DNA of 64,000 nucleotides from Convolutriloba macropyga (lineage: Eukaryota), in contig NC_134475.1 in NCBI RefSeq assembly GCF_964194025.1, forward strand, positions 372,001 through 436,000. Reading direction: 5' to 3'. The notes under the pieces were generated by a model. It did no database searches. It was not told the DNA's origin and was given only the letters and a program-made list of their open reading frames with translations. A program made the translations under genes and the position numbers. How positions within the stretch are numbered: position 1 is the stretch's first letter; every line of letters starts with the position of its first letter. Shown here piece by piece: positions 12,550 through 24,834 of this stretch.

Positions 12550-15500
12550 GTACTAATTAGTTTTGTTTTTGGAAACTTTACTTCATGCAATGATTTACAC
12601 ATATTATCCCTGGGCCAAATGCATCATGTTTTCAACGCATCATGTCCAATTAGGAACTTTATGATCTTTTTATCTTTTTTGTAGGATAAATGGAGACTAC
12701 TTGGCGTTGTTACGTCTGAAGTTGAATATGCTGACCGAGCAAATAAGACTAATATTCGCCGTAAATTGAAAGAATCCTATCTAATCGAGAATTTTGAATT
12801 GATAATTTTCGTATTCGGTGACTAAAAATCTAATATGGCAGATAATTCCAAGTTTTTTGTCTTTTCTTTTGAACTATGATTGTTGTGTATTTTTTTTGTA
12901 CCTTAAATAGGATAATTTGCAAATGAAATCTTGATGCTTCCTTCGCTTATCCCCGCTTTTGATTGGTTCTTTATTAAAAAGCGAAATATTTTTTTTCTTA
13001 AATCTTCAAAGGAAGACAATAGTAAAATTGAAATAGCATTTTTTCAAAAAAATATTTGAAATGGCAATTTCTGGTACTTGTACGAGGATCAACTCACAGT
13101 CATTGTACAAGAATCATTTTTGGTTTTATTTTATTTCTAGCTTGTTTGTGAATAAGACCATTAGTTGACTTCGGAAAAATTCAAAACCATTTTCACGGGT
13201 TCTGGCAAAGTAGCATTTAAGAACTTGCAATTGCAAAAAATCTTTTAGTTTTCACGTTTTTCCCAAATCTTTCATACCCGTTAAGACCAATATGATCATT
13301 AATTGACTAATATGAATGTATTCTAATGTGAACGAAAATATCAGAAATTTTGGAATATGGACTAATAATACTATAATTTCCTATTTTTTTGAAAATTTGT
13401 ACCGAATCTCTTAATATTTGTCAGGCTTTTTAATGTTCATTTATTAATGTTCATTTTTTTAATGTTCATTTATTTTTTTTAAAGTCAAGCCTGATTTGTT
13501 TAGTTTTTCAATAATTGTGCATCTTTATAAACTTAATTAAAAAATTAAGAATTAAATATATTCAAATTTTTTTTCATCAAATTTAAATTTTAAATCAAAC
13601 AAGATTGCTCGTGCGAGTCTGTGCTTAGCACACTATGTTCCAACATACCTCTCAAGTTTGCAAAAATGACCATTAATTTCTGTTTGAGAAACCGTTCAAA
13701 AGCAAATTAAATGCATTGGAAAAAAATTACTTCTATTGTTTGAACAAAAAAATGTGCTTTTTTTCGGCAGACAAAATCGAAGACTCTCTAGCGCATTCTA
13801 GAAAGACAAGTTTGGTACAATTTCGAAGACACGGACACAGATAAGCCCCACTAACACACTACACATATTACACACACACACATAGAAACCAAAGAACAAC
13901 TTTAAAAAATTTTTTTTCTTTGGCGATTCATCTTTATTCAAGATTCGTCACTTTTCATTTACGTCTTCCTGGCGTTTTCTATTTAACTACCTCTGGGCTT
14001 TTTGAGCTGATGATATCGGTAATTGTAATTTGGCACCCAAACTTTGCTATGAACTTTTCAAAACTTTTCAAAAAATTTGGTCATGTTTGATGTTTCATGA
14101 GCATAATGAAACGATCTGATTTTTTAAGATCTCACAGATGTGTTAACAGCGAGATATGAAAAACATGTTTTTGAATTTTGGTCTTTTGAATTTTTGAATT
14201 TTAAATTTATATATGAACTTGCATTTTATAAGATTTCTTATGAAGTTTTTTTATGATTTCTGACAGTTTTTCCAATCTGCCTCTATTGGTGTGCAACATT
14301 TAAGTGAACTTAATCTCTGTCTAAGTCTCTCTCCCTATCCTTCTCACATACACTCATTACACATACACACGCACTCAGATACGCAGATGCATACACTCAA
14401 ACTTGCGCAAGGCACGCACACACAAATACAAACCACGACACCAAAAAATTTTTTTTTGTAGAAATTTAGGTGTGGACTTCCTGAGGCAATTGTAATATTG
14501 ACAAAAAATCTAAACTCATTTTTGATTTTTTTCCAAAATTTCTTCATTTCTGATGTTTCATCAGCATAATTGGCCAAATTGTTATTAAAATTGTGCAGCG
14601 GCGTTATCAACCTGTTTCAGGAAACAAATTTTTGTTCTAAAGATACTTAAAAAGGCCATTTGTATTAAATATAAAGTAATTTTTTTCCAAATTTTTAAAC
14701 ATTTCTGACAGTGTTTGCACTCTGTCTCTACTTGTGTCAAACATTTGAGGTAACGTTTATGGCTTTCCTTGAGGGCTATTAATTTGTAGCATTAAGGAAA
14801 TTTAGTTATCAGTAAATTATTTCACGCCTCTGTGTTTTCACACTTCGGAGCATTTTCAAAGAACCAGAGAATTTGAATAGTTGTTATGTGAGTTGAAAAA
14901 GATGAGAAAGTTCTTTGTCTTTCAAAAAACTTTCTCCGTTTATTTTTTATGACGACGTTCACAATCAACAAACTTTTTAGTTTTATTTTACCAAACGGCC
15001 CAAAACTTGCCACAGACTGGAAAAGATAAGTTTGCAGAGCAATTCCAAGACGCAGAGAACTGAAAAATACATTTCTGATTTTCTAAACAAAAATTATGAG
15101 CGTTTGTATTATTTTTTTGGCCTAGCGATCCATAATCTCGCCAACTCTCAATTTTTTCGAAGATGTTAGAGGAGGTTAGTTTGAACGATTTTCTCCGACA
15201 GTTTAACGTATACAGATAAAAAAATCAATCCATCTTTTCGATAAATAATTTAGTTGATTTGATGATGATTCCATGAACCCGGCTTTTGTTTTACCTCTTG
15301 GTGGTTTTCAGCTGCTAAAATGGTTAGATCTGATGAAATAACAAGTATATTTTGCTAAATCAGCGCTAGAATTTAGAGAAAAAAGTACATTTTTTTTTCT
15401 TTTTAGTTTTTCATTTTCGAAGTTTATTTTTGCTGTTTTGGGAGCCCTCAATTGCCTGAAATCTTCAATTTTCCAGCAAATCGTTTCGATACAGAGAATC

Positions 15501-16656
15501 ATTGTTTCCTGCAATCGTTTTACTCAGCAGAAAACAGAGAGACGGATAAATAAATACACAAAATTTTGAGAAAAAAAAACAGAACATTTGATTTTTTCCC
15601 GAAATTTTAGATCAAATAGTTAAAATTCTTAATGGCTTGAAAGTATTAAGATTTTCTCGAGACAATCACAACTCCATTTCATCTACCTAAGTTTACAACA
15701 AATTCCTCAATATTTTATTTTAAATTTCAATAAATTTTTTGATTTTGGTTTGACATTTTTAAAGTTTATTTTTGCTATTTTAGGAGCCCTAAATTTCGTG
15801 GCGTCTTCTTTTTTCCTATAAATCTGTTTGATATAGAAAAGAATTTTTTACAATAATTTTTAATCAGCAGAAAACGGAGACAATGAAAATAAAATTTTTC
15901 AGCGAAATTTTGAGCAAATTTTTTTTATTTTTTTTTGTCAAATAGTTAAAATTATTTTTTTAGGCTTCAATTTATAAAGAATTAATCGTGACAATCAGAA
16001 CTCAATTCAACCTAAGTAAATTTGCTGCAAATTTTTTAAATTGTTTTTATATAACTCAATTTCAACGCGATCTGCCACCCCCACCCCTGGAGCGATGTTT
16101 TTTTCTTTTCCCATTTTTCTTTTAATATTTTAAATTCTCCCCTTTTCAAATTTTTATTATTTTTTATATTAAACAAAACTAGGTCTTGAGGGCAACAAAA
16201 TGGTGTTTTCCTTTATTTTCTCTACGATGCGTAAACAAAAAATGAAATATTGACTAAAGAAGCCAGCCTCGCATATTTATTCCCAAGTTAAATTTTTTTA
16301 TAGTCCAAGTTAAAAGAAAACAAGTTAAATTTTTTTTATTGTCCAAAGTAGGACAGCAAACTGTTTAAGTTGTCAATTGCCCACAAATTTTGTTTATACT
16401 GACTCGGTAGAAAGAGGGTATAAAATCAAACCAATTTAAGAACTTCCAGAATGACGGTCCGGAAAATAACCACAGCGAAATTAACCTTAAGATAATGCCT
16501 CCTCGGCTTTTTTTGATGTTCACTTTTAAACTGAAAAAATCAACATTGTGAATTCAAACATCAATGTAAAGACATTTTCTAGTTGAAGCATAAAAACCCT
16601 CTTAAACTATTCTTGTGATGGGAAAATGGACAACGGTTACTTCCAATGGCCTTCAG

Positions 16657-17418
16657 TGTTCAAACGTGGAATTGGCCAATAATTTGCTGCATTTTAAATC
16701 ATCTCAATTCGAACGAGAGTAGCCTAAAAGACTGCGACTTCAACTCGACCAATATCTTTAATTTCATCCGATATCTTGTCATTTATTTCAAGCCATCTGC
16801 AAACTTTTTCAGTCAGGAGACGTTTTCCGAGTTCGACAAAGAAAATGAAAAACGTCATAAACAAATCGGATATCGACACACTCTCCATTCCAAAGTTGAG
16901 GCCGGAAAACTGCTGTTTCAATTTTTAGCTGCAAACTACGGAACAGACACTGTAAACCTCAGCCGAGGTGGCAGCCAAATAATTGAACTTGACGAACTGT
17001 CTCTAAGAGGAAGCGCGCAGGCTAGGAATAGTTTTTTTCTATCAGAAGTTAAAACTGGTCAAATGGCAGCTCAAGCGGAAATTCTGTTCAAAGACATGGC
17101 TGATCAAATAGAAAGTGCTACGTCGCCATTAGCGCCATCGACGGCTGCCGCGACGTTTAATTCTGCATTTTCATCTGAAAATTTAGAAGATTCGTTTAGT
17201 CAATTGTATTTTATTTTCATTGGGAATTTGCCGACATATTGCAGACGCTCTGTTTTGGAAAATTTTAATATACTAGACAACTTCATTACCCTTTTGTTAA
17301 CCGGTGATAATGAGATGTTGTGTAAATTGATCATTGCGTGTATGCCATATAGCGGACATTTGGGTGGATCGGAATGTTCCCAGCTGTTGGAAGTTGTTAC
17401 TATGACGTCAGAATCAAG
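16657..17418 (+). CDS. RICTOR: RICTOR exon (Rictor_M region), copy 2
   Basis: Same exon with intact splice sites. Four amino-acid differences from copy 1 (V/M, L/N, S/P, D/N). Confidence 0.85.
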
Positions 17419-17562
17419 GTACTAATTAGTTTTGTTTCTGGAAACTTTACTTCATGCAATGATTTACACATATTATCCCTGAGCCAAATGCATCATGTTT
17501 TCAACGCATCATGTTGTCCAATTAGGAACTTAGGATCTTTTTATTAACGAATTAACATCTGA

Positions 17563-17690
17563 AGTAGTGGATAAAGCAAGGGATTCAACCACCAGCAAAA
17601 TTTGTCCCTTTCTCCTAACGCTAATCGCGCATGTCGAATCAGGCCAAATTTTACTGTTTGTTGAATCCCTTGTTTTATCCACTACTATAT
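17563..17690 (+). repeat. Left terminal inverted repeat (internally palindromic)
   Basis: Reverse complement of 37887-38014, with 2 mismatches by my reading. Confidence 0.95.
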
Positions 17691-18296
17691 TCACCACTAT
17701 TAATACATACTACACGCACAATTTTGTGTACAAAAATGTACATAGCTAGTATAATTTATGCAAATCATACACTAATATCCAAAAGTTCTCAAAGCTAGAT
17801 TTAAGCCTAATTTCATATCTAATATGTCAAACTATACTGAAATAAATCAGGTTAATCATCTCACAAATTTTTTTTTTTCAATAGAATCGGATGGACTGAA
17901 AATAACTCAAAATTGCTTAGAACTGGATAATAAGAAACAAGTTTCTTTAAAATTTTGACTTTAACCGGGAGACGATTGATCTATGATGTTTAACTGAGTG
18001 ATTCTATGTACCTGGTTTTTGAGCCGAGTCTTGGGAGGTCTTGTTAAAAGGTTGACTCGCCTTTAGCACGCTACGGCAGTACTGCTCGACCTTTCTTAAT
18101 GGCAACTGTGGGGGAGGGTGCAACTACAGAATGCTTGAACACTTAATTTTAATTATTAGGCTGACTGAAGTCTAATATTAAGCTAACTGAACAATATTAA
18201 TGTATCATTTGTAGGGATATCAATATTAATATTATTATTAAATATATTTCTGAATAATCAATCACTCATTTATCATTTCTGAAATTTGTAATTCTG

Positions 18297-18989
18297 TCAT
18301 ACACCTAGATTGTAGCTGGCTATCCTTCTGAACTTCTGCCAAAAACATTGTAAGGAACTTTTCCATTCTGAGTAGTAGTCTGTTGAGACTAGGATCCTGG
18401 GATAGCTTTCACATGCTTGAGAGAAGTTGATATAACTCTGGATGGTAGAGTAGGAATATCCTTTATCGTTCAGTAGTTTTTTCCAGGGAATATCCTTATT
18501 GTTTTCTTGATGGTCTTGTTTCACTTTCCCCCATATGTATCCTCTGTCAGAAATTGTCAGTAGATATAAAAGATTCAGCTTTCCCTCCATGTTATTGACT
18601 GTGGTGAGATAAGACTCAAATTCACCAATATTGAGTGAACTCCTGAGTTTATTGTGGAAAGATAAATATTCCGGCACATTCACTTCAAACTTGTCCAGTG
18701 TTTCCTGATGCTCGTAACTTAGTAGGTCCTTCTTGAACTTGGAGAGGAACAACTGGAAGAGTTCTGTTTTAGTTCGTTTTCCAGTCTCAGTTTCATGTTC
18801 GGCGGTGTTGTCGGGTATGCATTTGTTCTCCTTACAAAATGTAATCATTTGATTTGTTAAATTAGTCAACTCGTTTATATTCTCTTCAGATAAAGAAGTG
18901 GATGATAAAGCGCCAGTTATTAAAGTCTCGTCAAATGACGAAAGTTGTTTAAAATTTTTCGCTAGTTTTTGTAGTGAAGTGAAACTCAT
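18297..18989 (-). CDS. Polinton orphan protein, possible C-terminal helix-turn-helix
   Basis: Open frame with likely ATG at 18989 (MSFTSLQK). WKKLL..GYSYSTIQSYINF..YPRIL is HTH-like. Family not recognised. Confidence 0.55.
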   Translation of the reverse strand: MSFTSLQKLAKNFKQLSSFDETLITGALSSTSLSEENINELTNLTNQMITFCKENKCIPDNTAEHETETGKRTKTELFQLFLSKFKKDLLSYEHQETLDKFEVNVPEYLSFHNKLRSSLNIGEFESYLTTVNNMEGKLNLLYLLTISDRGYIWGKVKQDHQENNKDIPWKKLLNDKGYSYSTIQSYINFSQACESYPRILVSTDYYSEWKSSLQCFWQKFRRIASYNLGV

Positions 18990-19042
18990 GATGAATAGAC
19001 AAAAAATGCCGTGGAGAATAAAGGTCCCCACGTGGAGAATTA

Positions 19043-19072
19043 TTCTAGAACATTCTTTTTTCTAGAATATTC
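19043..19072. promoter_or_regulatory. Two perfect heat-shock elements (nTTCnnGAAnnTTCn)
   Basis: TTCTAGAACATTC at 19043-19055 and TTCTAGAATATTC at 19060-19072, about 55-85 bp upstream of the ATG at 18989 (- strand). Confidence 0.5.
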
Positions 19073-19474
19073 TCACATGATTTTTAACTTAAAATTAGTT
19101 ATCATTTCCCAAGTAATTACATGTTTTAAAGTAAAATAATAATTAAATCCTTCTATTAAATTGAATGATTTGTATAATCTATTAAAAATTAAATAAAGAT
19201 TTTAATAAATAGTCACTTTACTAGCTAATTTTTAAGGGTATCTTATATTCGAAATTTTCACTTGTTTTCATTCTGTTAGTGGTGGCGGCTTTCTTTGTCA
19301 ATGGCGGCGGCCATTTTAGCATGACATGCACTTTTCATTCGATCTGCTAAGCACTGTAATGCGATGTTAAACCAAGCTTGTTGACTTCTTGTACTATTAG
19401 TGGTTGCTAAATATGAAAGAAAGCGAACAATAATAGCACAGTCAAAAACACTGAGATCGGTGGAAACACAGTGA

Positions 19475-19804
19475 TTAGTGTTTTTCTATGTCTTCTTGAG
19501 TACTATACTTATAAACATGCTCTCTGAATTGATTTCTAGTGTGACCATATCTATATCTATGAAGATAAATACAGAGTCTACATTTCCTATTTCTAAATCT
19601 ATATAATGATATATGTTTATAAACATTAAACATACTACACGTTAGATATTGATCAGGATCAGAATAATGATATCCCAAATGTTCTATATAATCTTTAACC
19701 TTAACCATATTTTTACATACATGACAAGAATATTCTAATTCTTTACAATTATTACAACATTCTTTCCAAGGTTTATTTATACACTTATTGCATTTCATTT
19801 TCAT
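19475..19804 (-). CDS. Small Cys/His-rich zinc-finger protein
   Basis: 109 aa with CxxC pairs and C2H2-like CHVC...HLGYH. Start context AAAATG. Confidence 0.6.
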   Translation of the reverse strand: MKMKCNKCINKPWKECCNNCKELEYSCHVCKNMVKVKDYIEHLGYHYSDPDQYLTCSMFNVYKHISLYRFRNRKCRLCIYLHRYRYGHTRNQFREHVYKYSTQEDIEKH

Positions 19805-19849
19805 TTTTCGAAAAATTATTTTTTGATTATTTCCCTAAAAAAATACATC

Positions 19850-22800
19850 ATGTCTCAATCAACTAATACTAGTGTCATAAACTTCTGCGATGTCTGTAAT
19901 CTATCCTTTGAATCAAAGAAGGGTTTATACAGACACCAATCTTATGATCTCAAACATAAGGAACTATTGGAGAAAATGTTTGAGTCTGAAGAAGAAGAAA
20001 TCTTGGAGAGGGTGTATAATCCGGATGAATATGATTATATTATTAAAACTAGGGCTAAAACTAAAACAGAAACTAAATCAGAAACTGAAACTGAAAACAA
20101 TATCTATTCTAAGATTAGGTTTATATGTAAAGAATGTCATGAAGAATTTGGAAGTAAAGTAGCTCTAACTACTCATTCATATAGTCACAATCGCATGTAT
20201 CTAGAAAACACAAAAGACTTCGATATAAACTCAAGTCAGAACATGAGAGAATTTTATATTACTGATAAAGGTGGGAATTACATTGAAGATATAGATGAAG
20301 CAACTAATTACTCTTTAGAAGAAATTAAAAACTGTTACCAGTTTCGTAAAGTTAAGAGTTTTAAATATAAGATCACGGCTGAATGTGATTATAAGAAGAG
20401 AACCAAAGAAGAAGTTAAAACTACTAAAATATTTTTCAATACTGATTATATTAATAATAATGCTATATATGAATATGGTGACTTCAATCGGTGGCTAGAT
20501 TTCGAAAAGGAAATATATGAAGGTTATGGTTATGATTTTGAGTTTCTTGGAATAAGTATTCAGTTAAACATTGAACCAACTGAAGCATCTATTGGTAGTT
20601 ATATAGATTTACCTCCTGATCTCAAAAACTCTAAATCGATATTAAATATACGTAGTTATAAATACAACTGCTTACAACTAACTATAACTGCTTGGCTACA
20701 TCCCGCCCCACACCATGCAACTCGAGAAAGTAAATATGTAGATAAACTAATTGAACCAAGACAACAACATGAAGATGATTTTGCTTATATAATAAGAATA
20801 CAGAAATTGTATAATATTAATATTTGGTTATACACACCTTGTGGTAATGGTAAAATAGAATTGTTTAAACAAGTGGTTGATTTTAATAAAGATAGAAAAG
20901 ATGTAAGAATACTAGTTTGGAGTAATGGTCAAATAGAACACTGTGCCCTAATAAAAAATATAGAAACCTTGTTAGAACGACCAAATGAAAACAACATTAA
21001 ATATTATTATTGTGATAGGTGTACCTATTGGTTTAACTCACAAATTAAATATGATAAACACGAATGCAGCACCTCATTCAAACCAGAGATTGTTTGTCCT
21101 AAGAAAAAACATATTACTTTTATAAATGAACACAAACGTCAGAATATAAAAAATATTTTAACTGCCGATATAGAATGTTGCATTGTTGAAATCTCAACTA
21201 ATGACTGTAAATATGTAATAGCTGAACATATTCCAATAGCTGTGGGTTACACCTGGCAAGGTAACTTCAAACACTACTTTGGTCTAGGCTGCATCAAAAG
21301 ATTTGCTAGAGATCTATTAGAAATAGAAACTGAGAATAATTTCAAACATAATGAAAAGATGATATTCACAGAAGAAGATAAATTATATCATGAAACTAAT
21401 AACACTTGTCATATCTGCAGCAAAACATGTATTAATAAAGTAAGAGATCATTGTCATGAAACTGGTAAATATAGAGGACCAGCATGTAAATTATGTAATC
21501 TAAGATACAAACAACAAAACTTCATTCCAGTAATATTCCATAATGGCTCTGGCTATGACTTCAACCTACTATACAGTGAACTCTTCAAACAGAATAATGA
21601 TAAAAGAAAAGTGGATAACTTACCACTAGCTGTTGGTAAGTCTAAGATGTTTAGCATTGGTTGTCTTAAATTCTTAGATAGTTATAACTTCTTAGCTATG
21701 CCCCTAGATCAAATGGCAAAGATATATGGGTGTAAAACTAAAACATTATATCCATATGAATACTTTGGTTTAGACTCCTTGGGAACCACGACAAAGTCGT
21801 ATAATAATCTTATAGGTAATCTAAAAAGAGAAGACTTCAAATCCTCTCTACATAATAAATTACCAACACAAGAAGATGTCGATATCTTTAATAAAGACAA
21901 CAGTCATAAAACTGGTAAAGATCTAACTATAGAGTATTTACAAAATGATGTGGAAATATTAGACTACTGCATGAATGAATATGTTAAACTAAGTATGAAA
22001 GAATTCAAGCTTAACCCACTACATTATGTAAGTCTCCCAGGTTATAGTTTTGATTGTTGGTTAATGTCAAGCGGTGTAACATTAGATACATTGCAAGATA
22101 AACAAATGCTAGATGATTTTGTTGGAGCAAAGAGAGGTGGTATATGTGGAATAATGGGAGATAGATATATAGATAACAGTGATGGTAAGACCATATGGTA
22201 CATAGACGCAAACGACCTATATGGTTATGCAATGATGCAAAAGTTACCTTATAAGGATTTTGAGTTTATTTCTACTACTACTCTAGATGTAATATTGAAT
22301 ACTCCAGATGATAGTGATCACGGTTACTATATAGTTTGTGATATTGATTATACTAATGAATGTAAAGAGAGAACAGAACAGTTAGCACTAATGCCTAATA
22401 AGAGAAAGATAAATGATAATGGATTGGGATATCGACAAAGAGAGAAAAGTAAAGCAAGATCCGAGAAATTAATCTTAGACCAAAACAACAAAACAGAATA
22501 TATGGTTTATTATAGGATATTAAAGTTCTATGTTAAGATGGGAGTAAAAGTAACAAAAATACATAGAGTAATTAAATTTAAACAAGACTACATATGTAGA
22601 GATTATATACAAAACAATACAAATAAAAGAGCAACAGCTAAAACTGAAGCAGAAAAGGATGTAAGGAAATTAATGAATAACTCATTATATGGAAGAATGT
22701 GCATGAATCCTCTACACTTCTTTCAAAGTAAGTTCTTGCATGATGAAGAAAAGATAATGAAAAGTGTAAGTAAACCAACATTTAAGAATATAACTAGATA

Positions 22801-23550
22801 TAGAGATTATAGCCAAATAGAATATATAAAGAAAAAATAGAATATGATTCTCCAGTATATGTAGGTGTTACTATCTTAGAATAAAGTAAATTACACATGT
22901 ATGATGTATTCTATAATATTCTACAACCATCCCTCAAAGATCTAACACTTCACTATATGGATACGGACAGTTTCGTATTAAATTATAGTGAAGGTAAAGT
23001 TAGTGATGAGCATATGGACTTAAGTAATCTAGACATACCTATAAAAACTAATAATAAAGTCCCCGGCAAGTTTAAGCACGAGCTGGGAAGTAGGATTATT
23101 GAGGAATTTATAGTATTGTCCCCCAAAACATATAGCTTCAAAAATTATCCTAAAAACACTAAAGAAAAAGGAATAAAGAAGAATAATAATGCTAGGCACA
23201 TAGATTATTATGATGCATTAATGAATAATACACAGAGAACAATAGATGAACGTAGAATACAAAAAGTTGGTGATAACATGACAACAACAAAAATAAGTAA
23301 GATTAGTCTAAACACATTTGATGATAAAAGATTTTATGTAAATAATATTAAAAGCTATCCTCATGATGAGAATCTATATCTATTCAAAAGAGATTTAATA
23401 AAAATGATCCACCAAGCATCAGTGAAACTGCTTCGCAGATCATTAGATGGAGACAAAGACCTACTGGTTAATAATATTCTAGAACTAACCATTAATGATG
23501 ATAGAAAGTTAATTGAAGTTGCTATTATATTATATAATGAGCTTTGCTAA
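19850..23550 (+). pseudogene. Protein-primed family B DNA polymerase (pPolB), disrupted
   Basis: N-terminal C2H2 fingers, vOTU-like NCLQLTITAWLHP...HCALIK, exonuclease ADIEC and FHNGSGYD, Endonuclease VII-like CHIC..VRDHCHETGKYRGPACKLCN, and polymerase motifs DANDLYG, KLMNNSLYGR, YMDTDS. Frameshift in an A-run near 22835 and in-frame TAA at 22882-22884. Confidence 0.95.
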
Positions 23551-23566
23551 TTTTTATAACAAATAA

Positions 23567-23887
23567 TTATAGACCTAATTCATTCATTACATCCATAGGG
23601 TTGGTAGTTAGTATATTATAAATCATTATCTGAGCCATATATTTTTCCATAGTGTCTCCCTTGATTGTATTCTTATGTAGTGTAGCTCCAGCTATTATAT
23701 TTTTATTATATTCTAGAAATTTTATTATCTTCCCAGCCCCATCTACATATTTAGAATAAGTTGAAATTATTAAATCATCATGATTTGGTTCCTTAATATG
23801 ATCAATAAACTCATCTATAGTATTACAACGTCTTTTACAAGCTAAACATCTTTTTAGATTAAGAGAGAAGCTGTTTTCATTATTCAT
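23567..23887 (-). CDS. Small C2H2 zinc-finger protein
   Basis: CLACKRRCNTIDEFIDHIKEPNH. Head-to-head with the ORF at 23924. Confidence 0.6.
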   Translation of the reverse strand: MNNENSFSLNLKRCLACKRRCNTIDEFIDHIKEPNHDDLIISTYSKYVDGAGKIIKFLEYNKNIIAGATLHKNTIKGDTMEKYMAQIMIYNILTTNPMDVMNELGL

Positions 23888-23923
23888 TTTTTACTCTTAT
23901 TATAATTTTTCAATACATATAAA

Positions 23924-24826
23924 ATGACTAAACTAGATAAACTTATAGAATTAAACAATCTTGAAAAACAAAACAGAAGAAATAGATTAGAAGATAAATT
24001 AAAACAACAAGAATATTATGTTGAAATAGAAGAGTTATTCGATCCTTTAACTAAAACTATCAGTGAAAACAATGAACGGAATCTAGCATTAAGTGAACAA
24101 ACATTAAGGGCAATAGATTGGCAAAATCAAGAGTTAGATAAACAAACTAAGATGATTGCTGAAACTGCTTCGCAGATCGAGCAAGCTGGTTCCCAGTTTA
24201 ATGAAACTGCTTCGCAGATGGGTGAAACTGCTTCCAAGATTGGTGAAACGTTAAAGGGGACCATAAAGCAAACTCAAGATATAGCACCAGTTTATGTTGA
24301 TACAAAAACAGCCAAACTTCTTCATGACATGGGGGCTCAAACTAATCCTCAATTAAAATTAGGACTCGTAGATTTACCTAGTAGGAGATATAAAATGAAT
24401 GGTGTTGATATAACTCTAGAGCAGGGTGCATTTTTAGTTAGGGATAATGTATATGAGTTTTCAGAAGGATTTACTGATTTTCTTACTAAATCCAATGTAA
24501 CATATGATGATAAGGTTAAGGAAGAAGAAAACAAAATTAAAAGGTTTTTAAAGGATATTAGATATAATTTAGGAAAAGGGGATAAGAAAAGCGCTAGATA
24601 TAGAACAATAAAACGTATAATGGAGTTAAGAGATGATATATTTGGCAGGGGATTAAATGGCAACCCAAATAATTCAGTAGAAAGACAAGAATTATTAATA
24701 CTAGAAACAAAAGCTGGTCATGATGGGTTATATGATGAAATGCTAGATATATCTAAGCAACTATTATCTATGAATATTATTCATCAAAACCAACTAGATA
24801 ATTTTGTTTTTAATTATGGTAAATAA
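23924..24826 (+). CDS. Conserved Polinton hypothetical coiled-coil protein
   Basis: ELFDPLTK near the N-terminus and C-terminal NPNNSVERQELLILETKAGH, resembling the DPNELVERLxLLxxxxxAG motif common in Polinton/adintovirus ORFs. Confidence 0.7.
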   Translation: MTKLDKLIELNNLEKQNRRNRLEDKLKQQEYYVEIEELFDPLTKTISENNERNLALSEQTLRAIDWQNQELDKQTKMIAETASQIEQAGSQFNETASQMGETASKIGETLKGTIKQTQDIAPVYVDTKTAKLLHDMGAQTNPQLKLGLVDLPSRRYKMNGVDITLEQGAFLVRDNVYEFSEGFTDFLTKSNVTYDDKVKEEENKIKRFLKDIRYNLGKGDKKSARYRTIKRIMELRDDIFGRGLNGNPNNSVERQELLILETKAGHDGLYDEMLDISKQLLSMNIIHQNQLDNFVFNYGK

Positions 24827-24834
24827 GTGAAACC

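Larger units (their letters stand above)
7614..17544 (+). repeat. Tandem segmental duplication (copy 1 ~7614-12673, copy 2 ~12685-17544) including a RICTOR exon
   Basis: GATAAATGGAGACTACTTGGCG occurs at 7614 and 12685. The offset falls from 5071 to 4869 after a ~200-bp loss in copy 2 near 13440. Scattered SNPs and indels separate the copies. Confidence 0.95.

Noticed and set aside
17567-17749. Short ORFs overlapping the TIRs (also 37989-38219)
   Set aside because: Non-ATG starts crossing structural repeats or the element boundary.
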